Source: the human T2T-CHM13v2.0 reference genome, Homo sapiens
DNA length: 64,000 bases
Strand: one strand, 5' to 3'
NCBI RefSeq assembly: GCF_009914755.1
Contig: NC_060936.1
How positions within the stretch are numbered: the first letter of the stretch is position 1; each line of letters opens with the position of its first letter. A model generated the notes under the pieces. The model did not search any database. It was not told the origin of the DNA and saw nothing but the letters and a program-made list of their open reading frames with translations. Both the position numbers and the translations under genes were made by a program. Below are positions 62,335 through 64,000 of the stretch, piece after piece.

Positions 62335-62754
62335 TTATCAACTGAAGTGCTCTCTTTCAACAAATTATTATAAATGGTTGTGTTTATAAGAGATAAAACC
62401 TTATTTCAAATTCAAATTGTAACAAAATATCAGGAAGCCCCTGCCATCTGGCTGTACAGAACCAATGTTGAGAGTTAAAACTACAGTAACCAAATATCTT
62501 GTGATCTAGAGACTGATAACTAGACAGACTCAAAGTTAATCAAATAAATGAAATAATATTCTGAAATTATGCCCAAATTAGAACACTACACAGGCAATAC
62601 ACTAAATATCTGATGTTTGAGTTATTATATACACTTAAAGAGTGTAAACCTAACATAAAGATCTCAAAACTTACAGAAGAGGGAATTCTTTCCTTAAAAT
62701 TGTTTAATGGCTTTGTCCACAAAGGTGAAAAGAATACTAATATGGTGCAAATAA

Positions 62755-63072
<318 letters not shown>

Positions 63073-63379
63073 TAACTAAAGGTTAAAAAATTAAGCCACT
63101 GGTTGGTGTTGTACAAAAGAAAAATGTCATTTTACTTGAGGCCAATGTAGCTTTAGAATAAAGAATAACTGTTGCAATTTAGATTTTAGAAGCTCCTAGA
63201 ATACATTAGCATCCCAGTTATCTGAAGGTTTTTTAAATGTATATTTCCAAGAGCTTTGCTTATAAAAACTTCAACCAAGGAAACTGCTCCTAAGTTAGTC
63301 AAGATTCAATGCTACATGTCTGAAGAACTAAAACTTAATTAAAATATTCTCAAAGTATAATCCGTGTAGGTTGTGTATA

Positions 63380-63503
63380 CAATTGTTCCTTAGTATTCAA
63401 GGGGAATTTGTTCCTCGCTGTGGATTGGTCCTCCCTGTGGATACCAAAATCCACAAGATGCTCAAATCCTTGATATAAAATGGTGTAGTTATGTGCATAT
63501 ATA
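63380..63503 (+). mobile_element. MER2 DNA transposon, left part
   Basis: ggataccaaaatccac...gatgctcaa...gatataaaatgg. Confidence 0.7.
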
Positions 63504-63507
63504 TCAC

Positions 63508-63934
63508 TAAGGAAAACTCAAGCTGGAAACTGCTTAGGGCAAACCTGCCTCCCATTCTATTCAAAGTTATCCCTCTGCTCACTGACATAAGTGCATATCT
63601 GATTGCCTCCCTTGGAGAGGCTAATCGGAAACTCAAAAAATGTAACTGTCTGTGTCTCACCTATCTGTGACCTTGAAACTCCCTCCCGACTTGGAGTCTT
63701 CCTGCCTTTGCTTCAAGTTGTTCCGCCTTTTCAGACCAAACCAATGTACCTCTTACATATATTGATTGATGTCTCATGGTCTCCCTAAAATGTGTAAAAC
63801 CAAAGATGTGCCCGGACCACCTTGGGCACATGTCGTCAGGACTTCCTGAGGCTGTGTCACACACGTGTCCTCATCCTTGGCAAAATAAACTTTCTAAATT
63901 AACTGAGACCTGTCTTAGATTTTATGGGTTCACA
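63508..63934 (+). mobile_element. MER4A-like LTR, 3' part
   Basis: gaccaccttgggcacatgtcgtcaggac...aaataaactttctaaatt...ttcaca. Confidence 0.8.
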
Positions 63935-64000
63935 ACATCTTATGGGCAAAATTTTCTATGGTCATAAAAAATAAAAATTGCCCCCACAGAAACTTTAAAC

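Overview
Primate (catarrhine/human-like, AluY present) genomic DNA that is dominated by repeats and has no intact protein-coding gene. The main non-repeat signal is an unprocessed pseudogene on the minus strand (6542-39739). Ten collinear exon remnants rebuild most of a glycoside hydrolase family 31 (GH31) catalytic domain of the sucrase-isomaltase/maltase-glucoamylase (SI/MGAM) type. Both catalytic Asp motifs (WI/DMNE and HWLGD) survive, but the gene carries about 7 frameshifts, 2 in-frame stops, 2 broken splice donors and an Alu inside one exon. The sequence differs from SI, MGAM and GAA as I recall them, and it mixes N-subunit exon architecture with C-subunit-like residues. This suggests a lost, separate intestinal-type alpha-glucosidase gene. 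The rest is L1 (a rearranged L1PA, a near full-length L1MA, older fragments), about 16 Alus, Tigger DNA transposons, L2/MIR and LTRs. Repeat subfamily calls and boundaries were made by eye from remembered consensus sequences and are approximate. A perfect 21-bp-arm hairpin at 51550-51600 looks like a templated insertion.
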